In this document: in pieces, positions 44,903-56,010 of the stretch
Numbering within the stretch: position 1 is the stretch's first letter
How the letters are laid out: every line of letters begins with the position of its first letter
DNA from: Octopus vulgaris
Taxonomy: Eukaryota
Reading direction: 5' to 3'
Assembly (NCBI GenBank): GCA_951406725.2
Contig: OX597837.1
Span: forward strand, 45,012,001 to 45,076,000
DNA: 64,000 nucleotides
Program-made: the position numbers and the translations under genes
Notes under the pieces: model-generated
What the model was told of the DNA's origin: nothing
The model's database searches: none
What the model saw: only the letters and a program-made list of their open reading frames with translations

Positions 44903-45565
44903 TTGTTGTTGTTGTTGTTGTTGTTAAAGGATCCATTTTCATCGCAAGTTACAATACGGTCGACAAATGGATCGGTGTGGTTACGGAAAAGAAGTGATGG
45001 GCAAATTTCATATCTGATTTTCATTCAAATCGTGTGTTACCCATTTGTCGAGGTTTTGGATCTTCTGGCCACACGCAAATGGATGCAGCCAGTTTTCCAG
45101 CTAACTTGAGGTTCTTTTGCCAGTACTCAAATGGTTTTACGTGGATCTTTCTCAATGACGGTCTTTAATTGACCGTCATTGATGACAGATGGGGGTCCGC
45201 TACGCTCACGATCTTTAAGGCTCAGGTCTCTACTGTGAAATCGTTTAAACCCTTTTCGAGCTGACCACCCACTGGTCATTTCCTCACCAAATGTTTCGTT
45301 GATATCGCGAGCAGTTTCAGCTGCTTTACGTCCCTTTTTTAAGTTAAATAGCAAAATTGCTCGAATATCGCGCTTTGAGAGTTTCATTTCAGATTATTGT
45401 AACAACGGTGAAAACAATATCAATGTATCGATGCCTTTGGGCAAATCTATGTCTTTGTTATCAGATGATTGCCCAAAAAGTATTTTTAAAATATTCAAAA
45501 CCCAGCAAAAATCCGGTACACGTTTTTCATGGTTCAAAACGCTGCTTACTTTTTACTCAACCTGA
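43975..45565 (-). mobile_element. Full-length defective mariner (DD34D) element interrupted by a ~345-bp microsatellite
   Basis: Fragments include the HTH region MKLSKRDIRAILLFNLKKGRKAAETARDINETFG, WVTHDL, RIVTCDE, HDDTRPH and YSTHLSPTDNHFF. The TIR TGAGTAAAAAGTARGCARCGTTTTG..CATGAAA lies at 43981-44015 and inverted at 45525-45559. Confidence 0.9.
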
Positions 45566-45602
<37 letters not shown>

Positions 45603-45630
45603 AGAGAGAGAGAGAGAGAGAGATAGATAG

Positions 45631-45680
<50 letters not shown>

Positions 45681-45693
45681 CTGTATATGTATA

Positions 45694-45736
<43 letters not shown>

Positions 45737-46019
45737 ATATATATATATGTGTGTGTATGTATACCCGCACATTGTCAATGGGGCGTATACACTAGGTATA
45801 TGTAATGATTTTCCTCATTCAAAAAGAAATAAGATAATTCGAATGTAACGAATGCTCCTGTGTATGTGTTTGTATGTCTATGTGAGTGTGTTTGTGCGTG
45901 TATGCATGAGTCTGTATGCGTAGATTGATCGATACAGAGATAAATATTTACACATGCATTTTTAAATGTGTAAATTGAAAAGAGATGAGAAATGATAGAT
46001 TGAAATTGGAGCTGAGACA

Positions 46020-46065
<46 letters not shown>

Positions 46066-46187
46066 GAGAGAAGAAGAAGTTAATTATTAGACAATTAAAT
46101 CATATTTATATTTATGTCTGCACGCGTGTATGTCTGTGTATATCTATAGATAGTGATGGACAGACAGACAGACAGACAGACAGACAG

Positions 46188-46218
<31 letters not shown>

Positions 46219-46236
46219 GATAGATATTGATAGATG

Positions 46237-46288
<52 letters not shown>

Positions 46289-46308
46289 TTGATAGATAGA
46301 TAGATATT

Positions 46309-46441
<133 letters not shown>

Positions 46442-46735
46442 GTCAATGAGCTTTTACACGAAAATGTTTGACAGGTTGGCTGTCAGCTTTTTCCTTGTAA
46501 GACTTAAATAAATATGTACTCTAGTAAAAAAAATATGGAGTAAACATACAATTTCATATGAAATTGTTTTATCTCATTCCGTTTAAAAACAAACAATAAT
46601 GTTATACATATATATATATATATATATATATGCACATATATATATAGCCATATCATATATACATATATATGTATATATTTATACATATATATATATATCC
46701 ATACATACATACATACATACATACATAAATACATG

Positions 46736-46785
<50 letters not shown>

Positions 46786-47178
46786 CACCCATACATACAT
46801 ACATGCATACATACATATATATATATGTGTGTGTGTGTCTATATATACATATATGTGCATATACATATGTATATATGTCTATATATATAAACACGCACAC
46901 ACACACACACGCATATATATATACACACCCATACATACATGCATACATACATATATATATATATGTGTGTGTCTATATATACATATATGTGCATATACAT
47001 ATGTATGTGTGTACCTATCTATAGCTATCTATCTATGCATACAAACACACACACACACACATATATATGTATATATATATATATGTATATATATATATGT
47101 ATATATATTTGCATTACTCTCACACACACACACACGTGGAATGGGTTGTAAGCGAGCGATCAATACTCGTAATGGTTT

Positions 47179-47215
47179 TATAAAATGCATTCTGTCTGGG
47201 AATTCTTCGCCAGTG
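47179..47215 (+). promoter_or_regulatory. Candidate TATA box and initiator of the W/Y/R-rich gene
   Basis: TATAAAA at 47179-47185 and an Inr-like CCAGT with A at 47212, 33 nt downstream of the TATA start. The ATG at 47277 has G at -3. The region is CpG-containing unique sequence next to microsatellites. Confidence 0.55.
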
Positions 47216-47276
47216 TCCACTTGCGACGTGTTTCGCAAGACACGCAGGATATCTGACGCGCACAACCATACTAGAC

Positions 47277-49379
47277 ATGTTGCTTTGCCGCGCATTCCTG
47301 ATATTTGGGCTGAGCTGCTTGCTCTCGTCTAAAACCAACGCGAAACTAGAAAGAACAATTTCCCCAGTCACCGAACATGCGGAAGAGATATTGCACGAGA
47401 TAGCAAGAAGTTCTAAATCTCCGTCTTCGCCGGATTTGGTTAGGAAAGACACAGGGACTTCGTTTACGACTGTTGTCCCTTCGAAGTCGGCAGTAACTCA
47501 AAACAATAGTAGTCACCTAAAGAAGGAAGCAAGAAATGATACTATAAAAACGAAGCAAGAAAACTCAACGAGGAAACCAGAGGCTTCGTCTAATATCATC
47601 GCCAAGCATCCTGCACCAAACTGGGTTACAACTAATTACTGGCCGAGGTACACCACCAACTACCCAAGATGGTGGACAACACAATACAGACCTTGGTACA
47701 CCACCAACTACCCAAGATGGAGGACAACTAAGTACTGGCCTTGGTACACCACCAACTACCCAAGATGGGGTACAACAAACTACTGGCCGTGGTACACTAC
47801 CAACTACCCAAGATGGGGTACTACTCCCAACTGGCCGTGGTACACCACAAGTAATCCTCAATGGTGGACAAATCTATGCAACCCGTGGTACACTACGAGT
47901 TACCCGAGATGGAGAACGAAGCATTACAGACCTTGGTATACCACAAGCTACCCAGGATGGAGGACAAATAGATACAGACCGTGGTATACTACAAGCTACC
48001 CAGGATGGAGGACAAATAGATACAGACCTTGGTATACCACAAGCTACCCAGGATGGAGGACAAATAGATACAGACCGTGGTATACTACAAGCTACCCAGG
48101 ATGGAGGACAAATAGATACAGGCCGTGGTATACTACAAGCTACCCAGGATGGAGGACAACTAGATACAGACCGTGGTATACTACAAGCTACCCAAGATGG
48201 AGGACAAATAGATACAGACCGTGGTATACTACAAGCTACCCAGGATGGAGGACAACTAGATACAGACCCTGGTATACTACAAGCTACCCAAGATGGAGGA
48301 CAAATAGATACAGACCCTGGTATACTACAAGCTACCCAAGATGGAGGACAACTAGATACAGACCTTGGTATACTACAAGCTACCCAGGATGGAGGACAAC
48401 TAGATACAGACCCTGGTATACTACCAGCTACCCAAGATGGAGGACAAATAGATACAGACCGTGGTATACTACAAGCTACCCAAGATGGAGGACAACTAGA
48501 TACAGACCCTGGTATACTACAAGCTACCCAAGATGGAGGACAACTAGATACAGACCCTGGTACACCACCCAGTACCCGAGGTGGTGGGCAACACCTTGCT
48601 ACAATCCATGGTACACCACCCAATACCCAAGATGGTGGACAACACAATACAGACCTTGGTACACCTCCCAGTACCCAAGATGGAGGACAACACAATATAG
48701 ACCTCGGTACACTACATGGCATCCAAGATGGTGGACAACACAATATAGACCTCGGTACACAACCTGGCACCCAAGATGGTGGACAACACAATATAGACCT
48801 CGGTACACTACCTGGCATCCAAGATGGTGGACAACGCAATATAGACCTCGGTACACAACCTGGCATCCAAGATGGTGGACAACACAATATAGACCTCGGT
48901 ACACAACCTGGCATCCAAGATGGTGGACAACACAATATAGACCTCGGTACACAACCTGGCATCCAAGATGGTGGACAACACAATATAGACCTCGGTACAC
49001 AACCTGGCATCCAAGATGGTGGACAACACAATATAGACCTCGGTACACAACCTGGCACCCAAGATGGTGGACAACACAATATAGACCTCGGTACACTACC
49101 TGGCATCCAAGATGGTGGACAACGCAATATAGACCTCGGTACACAACCTGGCATCCAAGATGGTGGACAACACAATATAGACCTCGGTACACAACCTGGC
49201 ATCCAAGATGGTGGACAACACAATATAGACCTCGGTACACTACCTGGCATCCAAGATGGTGGACAACACAATATAGACCTCGGTACACTACCTGGCATCC
49301 AAGATGGTGGACAACACAATATAGACCGTGGTTCACCACCCATAGACCAACACGTGATGAAGGAAGTATTATTGGTTGA
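47277..49379 (+). CDS. Uncharacterised secreted Trp/Tyr/Arg/Thr/Pro-rich tandem-repeat protein, 700 aa
   Basis: A 2.1-kb ORF with a signal-peptide-like N-terminus (MLLCRAFLIFGLSCLLSSKTNA), a ~95-aa S/T/K/E-rich region with N-x-S/T sequons, 8/16-aa repeats at residues 120-688 and a double stop TGATAA. Differences between repeat units fall mostly at synonymous third positions of this frame. Confidence 0.92.
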   Translation: MLLCRAFLIFGLSCLLSSKTNAKLERTISPVTEHAEEILHEIARSSKSPSSPDLVRKDTGTSFTTVVPSKSAVTQNNSSHLKKEARNDTIKTKQENSTRKPEASSNIIAKHPAPNWVTTNYWPRYTTNYPRWWTTQYRPWYTTNYPRWRTTKYWPWYTTNYPRWGTTNYWPWYTTNYPRWGTTPNWPWYTTSNPQWWTNLCNPWYTTSYPRWRTKHYRPWYTTSYPGWRTNRYRPWYTTSYPGWRTNRYRPWYTTSYPGWRTNRYRPWYTTSYPGWRTNRYRPWYTTSYPGWRTTRYRPWYTTSYPRWRTNRYRPWYTTSYPGWRTTRYRPWYTTSYPRWRTNRYRPWYTTSYPRWRTTRYRPWYTTSYPGWRTTRYRPWYTTSYPRWRTNRYRPWYTTSYPRWRTTRYRPWYTTSYPRWRTTRYRPWYTTQYPRWWATPCYNPWYTTQYPRWWTTQYRPWYTSQYPRWRTTQYRPRYTTWHPRWWTTQYRPRYTTWHPRWWTTQYRPRYTTWHPRWWTTQYRPRYTTWHPRWWTTQYRPRYTTWHPRWWTTQYRPRYTTWHPRWWTTQYRPRYTTWHPRWWTTQYRPRYTTWHPRWWTTQYRPRYTTWHPRWWTTQYRPRYTTWHPRWWTTQYRPRYTTWHPRWWTTQYRPRYTTWHPRWWTTQYRPRYTTWHPRWWTTQYRPWFTTHRPTRDEGSIIG
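47634..49340 (+). repeat. Coding minisatellite with a 48-bp unit (two diverged 24-bp halves)
   Basis: Block A (47634-47921) is diverged. Block B (47922-48545) is 13 x (R/H)YRPWYTTSYP(G/R)WRT(N/T). Block C (48693-49316) is 13 x QYRPRYTTWHPRWWTT. Confidence 0.95.
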
Positions 49380-49423
49380 TAAATTACTTTTGACTCATCA
49401 ATACCGATCTCTGTTCTTGGACG

Positions 49424-51832
49424 GTAAGTATATCTTTTATATTGAGAGATTTTATCCGTCATCTTCATCGTCACTATCATCATAATCATTATCATCATCA
49501 TTAACATCGTCATTATCCTCATCATCATCACAATCATTATCATCAGCAGTAGCAGCAGCACCACCACCACCAATAACATAACCGCCGCCACCACCACTAT
49601 TACCACTGCTGGTATTATTGTTGTTATTATTATTATTATTATTATTATTGTTGTTGTTGTTGTTGTTGTTGTTATTATCATTATTATTATTGAGTGAGAG
49701 AGCAGTGCATGCCATCAAAGTGGCACTGGGATAAAATATACGAAGCCCAGTATACCCATCATGACTACCCGTCTGATAAGGGTACACCAGGCACATGCCT
49801 CGCAACCATATGTGCGCGACATAGTGATCTCATATCAGGATAAACAGCACATGACCTTGCAGGTGGGGCCCAGTTAGAATTTTCTTCTGGTCGAGTAACC
49901 CATCCTGCTGAAAAGGTCCCTGAGTAAGGGTTGTTTAAGGATGTTGAACTGAACGAAACACCCATGTTTTCAGAAGTGAATTATTCAAACCCCAAAGTAT
50001 CCCTCTCAACACATGGCTATGATGCCGCCCCCCACTATTTCAGCTCGTTATCAGAGATGCACATTTCGTCAGCCACTAAGGGACATGCTCAACTGGTTAT
50101 GGGGCAGCATCATAGCCGTATGTTGAGAGGATTTCTTTGGAGTTTGAATAATTCACCTTTGGAAACATGGATCTTTTGTTCAACATCCTTAAACAACCTT
50201 ATTCAGGAGCCTTTTGAGCGGGATGGGCTACTCGACCAGAAGAAAATTTTAACTGGGCCCCACCTGCGAGGTCATTATTGTTGTTATTATACTGGTATGC
50301 TTTAAGTAGTTTGTGTTGGGAGTTATGGTTAACCTCTAGAAATCGACATTGCAGTAATACTGCAGGATATTGTGATTTATAAAAATCTCTTCAGGTATGG
50401 CAGAGCAGACAACTAATCCCGTCCTATACGGGTACCGAGTACTTGCTCAATGTCTAAACATTACTGACTTCTGGAATTTAATCGAACAAATTTTGTCACA
50501 TACAAGATGGAGGACCGTGAAGACCGTCCCGCGCCTTTTTTTTTTTGGTGGGGAACGGCAAGCAGTCTCGTATGTTTACCCTAGCGACAGCAGTTCCATG
50601 TTGGACGTTACTGAAAGGACTGAAATTACACTTTCCCCTTGGGTCAAAATCTCCTTTTTAATATTTGTTTCAGTCATTAGATTGCGACCATGGCGGGACA
50701 GCATCTTGGAGATGTGTCAACTAAAGACAAAGTGTGGGGGAAGGTGGAGTGAATCGACTCTCCCTTTTTTTTTAAATCTGGTACTTATCTTATCAGTATC
50801 GGTTTCCGAACCCCTAAATTACGGGCAGGTATAAAACACATCAACACCGGTTTAGAAGCAGTGGTGGGGGACAAATACAGACACACCGTCTACCAAATCC
50901 ACTTACAAAGCTTTGCTCATTTCGGGGCTTTAGTAGAAAACATTTGCCCAATGTGCCACGCAGTGGGACTGAACTCGGAACCATGTGCCTCTAGGTAGTC
51001 TTAGCCTTCTATTATAATACCACACAGCCACTCCTGCTCTTTGAACTCGGAACATAAAAATATTTAACTAAATAGCACAAGCATTTTGTCAATCGCTTTA
51101 ACGATTCTGCGAATACCCCACCTGAATATATTATTTTATTATATGATTTTATTATTAATATTATATGATTTCATTATTAATATAATATATTATATTATTC
51201 AGCGTTTTATTTGAACAAAAGTTAGCAACTTTCAAGGGAGATTACTCACTACTTTTCTATTACAAATCAGTCAGTGTTATTTCCCTTACATCTTCCAGCC
51301 TTTCGTCTAACGTAGATTTCGTCATAACAATGGCGAAGTTGGCAGAGTTGTTAGCGCGTCAGACAAACAGCTAAGCGAGATTTTTCTCCGACTATTTACG
51401 CTCTGAGTTCAAATGTCGCCGGAATCGACTTTTACCTTTCACCCTTTGAAGTCGATAAAATAAGGTACCAGTCAAGTTGTAGGATCGATGTAATCATATT
51501 AATCCACCTCCTAAATTTGTACGCATTCTACCGAATTTTGAAGCCATTATTTTTAGTCTTTTACTTGTTTCAGTCATTAGACTGCGTCCATGCTGGAGCA
51601 ACACCTTGAATAACTCCGGTTGCCTGAATCAATAAGAGAACCTTTTTTTTTTAAACTTAGTACTTATTTTATCGGTGTTCGTTGTCTTTGGCCAAACCGC
51701 TAAGTTACGGGGATGTAAACACACCAACAGTGGTTCTCGAGCTGTGGTGGCGGTGGACACAAACACAAAGACATACAAACACACACACACACACATTATT
51801 GAAAGAAAGAAAGAAAGAAAGAAAGAAAAAAA

Positions 51833-51863
<31 letters not shown>

Positions 51864-52258
51864 GATGAGCTGGCAAAATACCGTGTAGGAGAAAATTGTT
51901 TACGGGTGTTTCAGTGAGGTCAACTTCGTATTTTCATTGTTTTGAAGTTCATAAAATAGTACCAGTCATATACTGGTGTCGATATAATCAACATACTCCC
52001 ATCCCTTCCTCAAATTGCTGGCTTTGTGCCAAAATTCGAAACAGTTATTAAAAGAAGAAAGTTTGCAGGGAAATATCTTGAACGGAATTCAAACCCACAC
52101 CGCAGTCATGGTTACCTCTTGGCAGTTTACCATTCATTTCACAGCACTCATAACATCTAAATAACCCGTAAAGATATTCCGTCAAAATTTAACATACATC
52201 AATATGCTAATTTTTCTATATTTTCTGTATTTCTAGACTAATTTTCTTTCTATTTCAG
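49424..52258 (+). other. Probable 3'-UTR intron of the W/Y/R-rich gene
   Basis: Donor ACG|GTAAGT lies 44 nt after the stop. The acceptor GACTAATTTTCTTTCTATTTCAG ends at 52258 and has a CTAAT branch-point-like motif. The intervening sequence is mostly repeats. Confidence 0.65.
49692..50275. mobile_element. Family E repeat followed by an inverted partial copy
   Basis: 49692-50100 matches 24585-24985. 50101-50275 is a diverged reverse complement of 49851-50031. Confidence 0.85.
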
Positions 52259-52375
52259 ATTGAAATTGGCAGAGTTTCAGAGGAAGGAACGTACATGAAG
52301 ACATTTCTTCCGTATATTATATTATTGCAAAATCCAGAGTAATTCATGTAATAAAATATATCGATTATTGCTCCA
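52259..52375 (+). other. Probable non-coding terminal exon with poly(A) signal
   Basis: Unique sequence follows the acceptor, with AATAAA at 52350-52355 and pyrimidine-rich sequence downstream. Confidence 0.6.
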
Positions 52376-52835
52376 CAAGTCTTCTGGAATATTATTTCTC
52401 CTTCTTTAACTTAAAAACTCAGTATATTATTGGATATATTATTGTAAACGATATTCTGTTACACACATACATACATACATACACAAACACATACATACTT
52501 ACATACATACATAATACATAATATATACATGCATGCCTGTATGAGAGAGTGTGTGTGTGCATGCAAACACGTATGTATGTATGTATGCATGTATTTATGT
52601 ATGTATGCATGTATGTATGCACGTATGTATGCATGTATGTATGTATGTATGTATGTGTGTATGTATGTATGTATGTATGTATGTATTTATGTATGTATGT
52701 ATGTATGTATGTATGTATTTATGTATGTATGTATGTATGTATGCATGTATATATGTATATATGTATGTATGTATGTATATATGTATGTATGTATGTATCT
52801 ATGTATGTATGCATGTATATATGTATGTATGTATG

Positions 52836-52869
<34 letters not shown>

Positions 52870-52987
52870 TGTATGTATGAATGCATGCATGTATATATGC
52901 ATGTATATATGTATGTATGTATGTATATATGCATGCATATATGTATGTATCTATGTATGTATGCATGTATATATGTATGTATGTATG

Positions 52988-53021
<34 letters not shown>

Positions 53022-53230
53022 TGTATGTATGTATTACATACACACTTACATATATATATATATATACATATACGCGCACATATTCTTTTATACATACAGA
53101 TATACTCACATGTAAATACCTACAGAAATTCTGGTGTCCAGTTGTTCGACAAAACCTCTTCAAGGCATTGCTCCAGCATGGCTGCAACAAATGACTGAAA
53201 CAAGTAAAGGATAAAATACATACATACGCG

Positions 53231-53267
<37 letters not shown>

Positions 53268-53762
53268 CATTCACCCACTGACATACGCGCACATCTACTA
53301 CCAGTTGATTCCATATACGCTTATATATTCCAGTTCCAAATTTAAGCTTTAGTCACCGTGTCGATGAGAGTACTCTCCCTTGAACTACACAGAGAGAGTT
53401 GTTTCCCTTGGAAGTTAACACCCGTTATTTCCATTCAAGACTACATTTCAATTACACTGAGCACATATATATGATGTGTGTGTGTGTGTGTGTATACAAG
53501 GTGGCCACAAATTCACGCACCATGGGAGATATCAAGCATGCTTTGTTTGCAATGAACTAGGTAATCCATTACAAATGTGGAGAGGCGGGGGCCGGTATGC
53601 ATGGGCGACTGCTGGTCTTCCATAAACAACCTTGCCCGGAATTGTGCCGCAGAGGTTAACTCTCTAGGTGCAAGCCCATGGTCAGTGTCTGACTGAAAGG
53701 GGTCACACACATACATACACACACTTGAATCTTTTCTTGAATTTTTTTGCTACCCTATATTG

Positions 53763-53843
<81 letters not shown>

Positions 53844-54411
53844 TACTAATATATATAATATATATATATATATTATATACAAATTATTTATATACCTAAA
53901 AGTTTGTTGTAGTCCTTTGATTGCGGCTACGTTGGGGCTCGACTTAAAAAGAATCGATTCCAATACTTAATCTTTTGTTAAGCCTGGTACTTATTCTATT
54001 GGCATCCTTTGCTGAACCCCTTTTTTTTCATGGATGTAAACACAACAACAACGGTTATCAAGTGGTGGTGGGGCACGAACACCCACTCCACACATACGCA
54101 TAAGAAAGAGTGATAACAAAGGAATAAATTATTATCTTATGAACTTCATTAGCTTACAGCTGTTTCCGCTGTACGATGCAATGGACTCAGTTGATTTCCT
54201 GAATAACACCTCATAGCTTCTTCGGTACTTCTCCTGACATAGGTGTAGGCACGGCTCTGTGACAGGAAAGTTGATTCCCAACCACAAGGTTCCGGGTTGC
54301 GTGGCACCTTCGTCAATTTTGGTCTACTATAACCTCGCAAAGCCTTGTGAATGGATTTAGTAGACGGAAACTGAAAGAAGTCCGTCATACATAGTTACAT
54401 ACATGTATGTA

Positions 54412-54455
<44 letters not shown>

Positions 54456-55020
54456 TATATTATATTATATATATATAATATAATATGATATAATATAATA
54501 TAATATAATATAATATAATATAAAGGAAAATGGAGAGTTTGATTACGCCAAAATACATAAATGAATAAGTAAATTAATTAACTAAAATAAACGTATGAAG
54601 AACCCTTAAAGTGAAATACGTACTCACGAAATGAAGGAAACCACCGTTTAAAATCCAGCCATGTACATGTGATGCAAGGAGAATGATACCCACATTAAAT
54701 AGATACAATGAATTTAATAAAAAAAACAGATATTAACCCGTAGCACCAAATATAAAATTAATACACCTTGAAACTAAAATGAAATTATAAATTATGCCAT
54801 AAATTGAAATTCTCATAATTTATTCATATAAATAGAATAAAATTGGTAGATTTGGATACTGAAAAAAAATAATAAATATATAAATAGGCGTAGGAGTGGC
54901 TGTGTGGTAAGTAGCTTGCTTACGAACCACATGGTTCTGGGTTCAGTCCCACTGCGTGGCACCTTGGGCAAGCGTCTTCTACTCTATCATCGGGCCGACG
55001 AAAGCCTTATGAGTGGATTT

Positions 55021-55124
<104 letters not shown>

Positions 55125-55672
55125 TATAAAATCAATACTTTTCATCCGATTTCGTTTATGCTCGGTAAATACATCGCTTATGTTCCACAGATGGCTCTAC
55201 ACTATTTAGATTTTCGCTTATGAAGTGATATGGAGTAATAGGGCTTCTAGGGTCAGAAGGTCTGCACTTTGCAAAGTAACAGTCAGAAATTGATTGTCTC
55301 CTTGACACAGCAATCACCAAAAGGTCACCTACATTTTATAGGCTAACATCATGTAAAGACGGTAATGAAAATCTAAATGATACAGAACTAGGTACACAAT
55401 TCTTGAAAAGAAGACGAGCTAGTCACAGCTGGGCAGATTCTGACCATAGACCAGGACTAAACAGTAACAACACTAACAAAACCTGTTTGATATTATACTC
55501 CTCAGCAGTTAAACCGACAATATCCAGCCCAAAATCTTCAAACTGGCCATATCTGGCCTTTCACACATCATACAACGTCTTTCGAAATATAAATAATCAC
55601 ACCATCAAAGTTACGTGATAACGAATGATTAATGCAAAACAATGTGATTAAATAGGCATTACATTTAACAGT

Positions 55673-56010
55673 GAAGGCACATGGCTCAGTGGTTAGAGCG
55701 TCGAGCTTACGATTGTGAGGTTGTGAGTTGAAATCCCGGATCGTGCTGCGTGTTGTGTTTTTGAGCAAGACACTTTATTTAACGTTGCTCCAGTTCACTC
55801 AGCTGTAGAAATGAGTTGTGACGTCACTGGTGCCAAGCTGTATCGGCCCCTTTGCCTTTCCCTTGGATAACATAGGTGGCGTGGAGAGGGGAGGCCGGTA
55901 TGCATGGGCGACTGTTGGTGTTCCATAAACAACCTTGCCAGGACTTGTGCCTGAGAGGATAACTTTCTAGGTGAAATCTCATGGTCTGTGTCGTGACCGA
56001 AGGGGGACTC
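55673..56010 (+). mobile_element. tRNA-derived SINE, family D (CORE-like segment)
   Basis: Head GAAGGCACATGGCTCAGTGGTTAGAGCG and CORE-like TTGAGCAAGACACTT. The 3' part recurs at 53572-53705, with related heads at 34635-34870 and 39474-39715. Confidence 0.8.

Noticed and set aside
47634-49340. CRISPR-like array or WxxW C-mannosylation repeats
   Set aside because: The repeats are contiguous with no unique spacers, in a eukaryotic context. Trp spacings are WW, WxW and WxxxW, not WxxW.
47874-49343. 489-aa Cys-rich antisense ORF (and 48599-49681, 47565-47861) over the repeat array
   Set aside because: These are shadow frames of a stop-free 48-bp repeat. Unit variation is synonymous in the + frame, and only the + frame has a signal peptide, TATA box and splice/poly(A) signals.
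47277-49379. Identification as reflectin, suckerin or an APGWamide precursor
   Set aside because: There is no Met/Asp reflectin motif, reflectins lack signal peptides, and there are no GGY or Ala/His modules. PGW is not followed by the G-K-R amidation and cleavage signal.
50397-50834. 145-aa ORF containing ACAAGATGGAGGAC, similar to the repeat unit
   Set aside because: The match is only about 12 nt, and the ORF's 3' half is SINE sequence.
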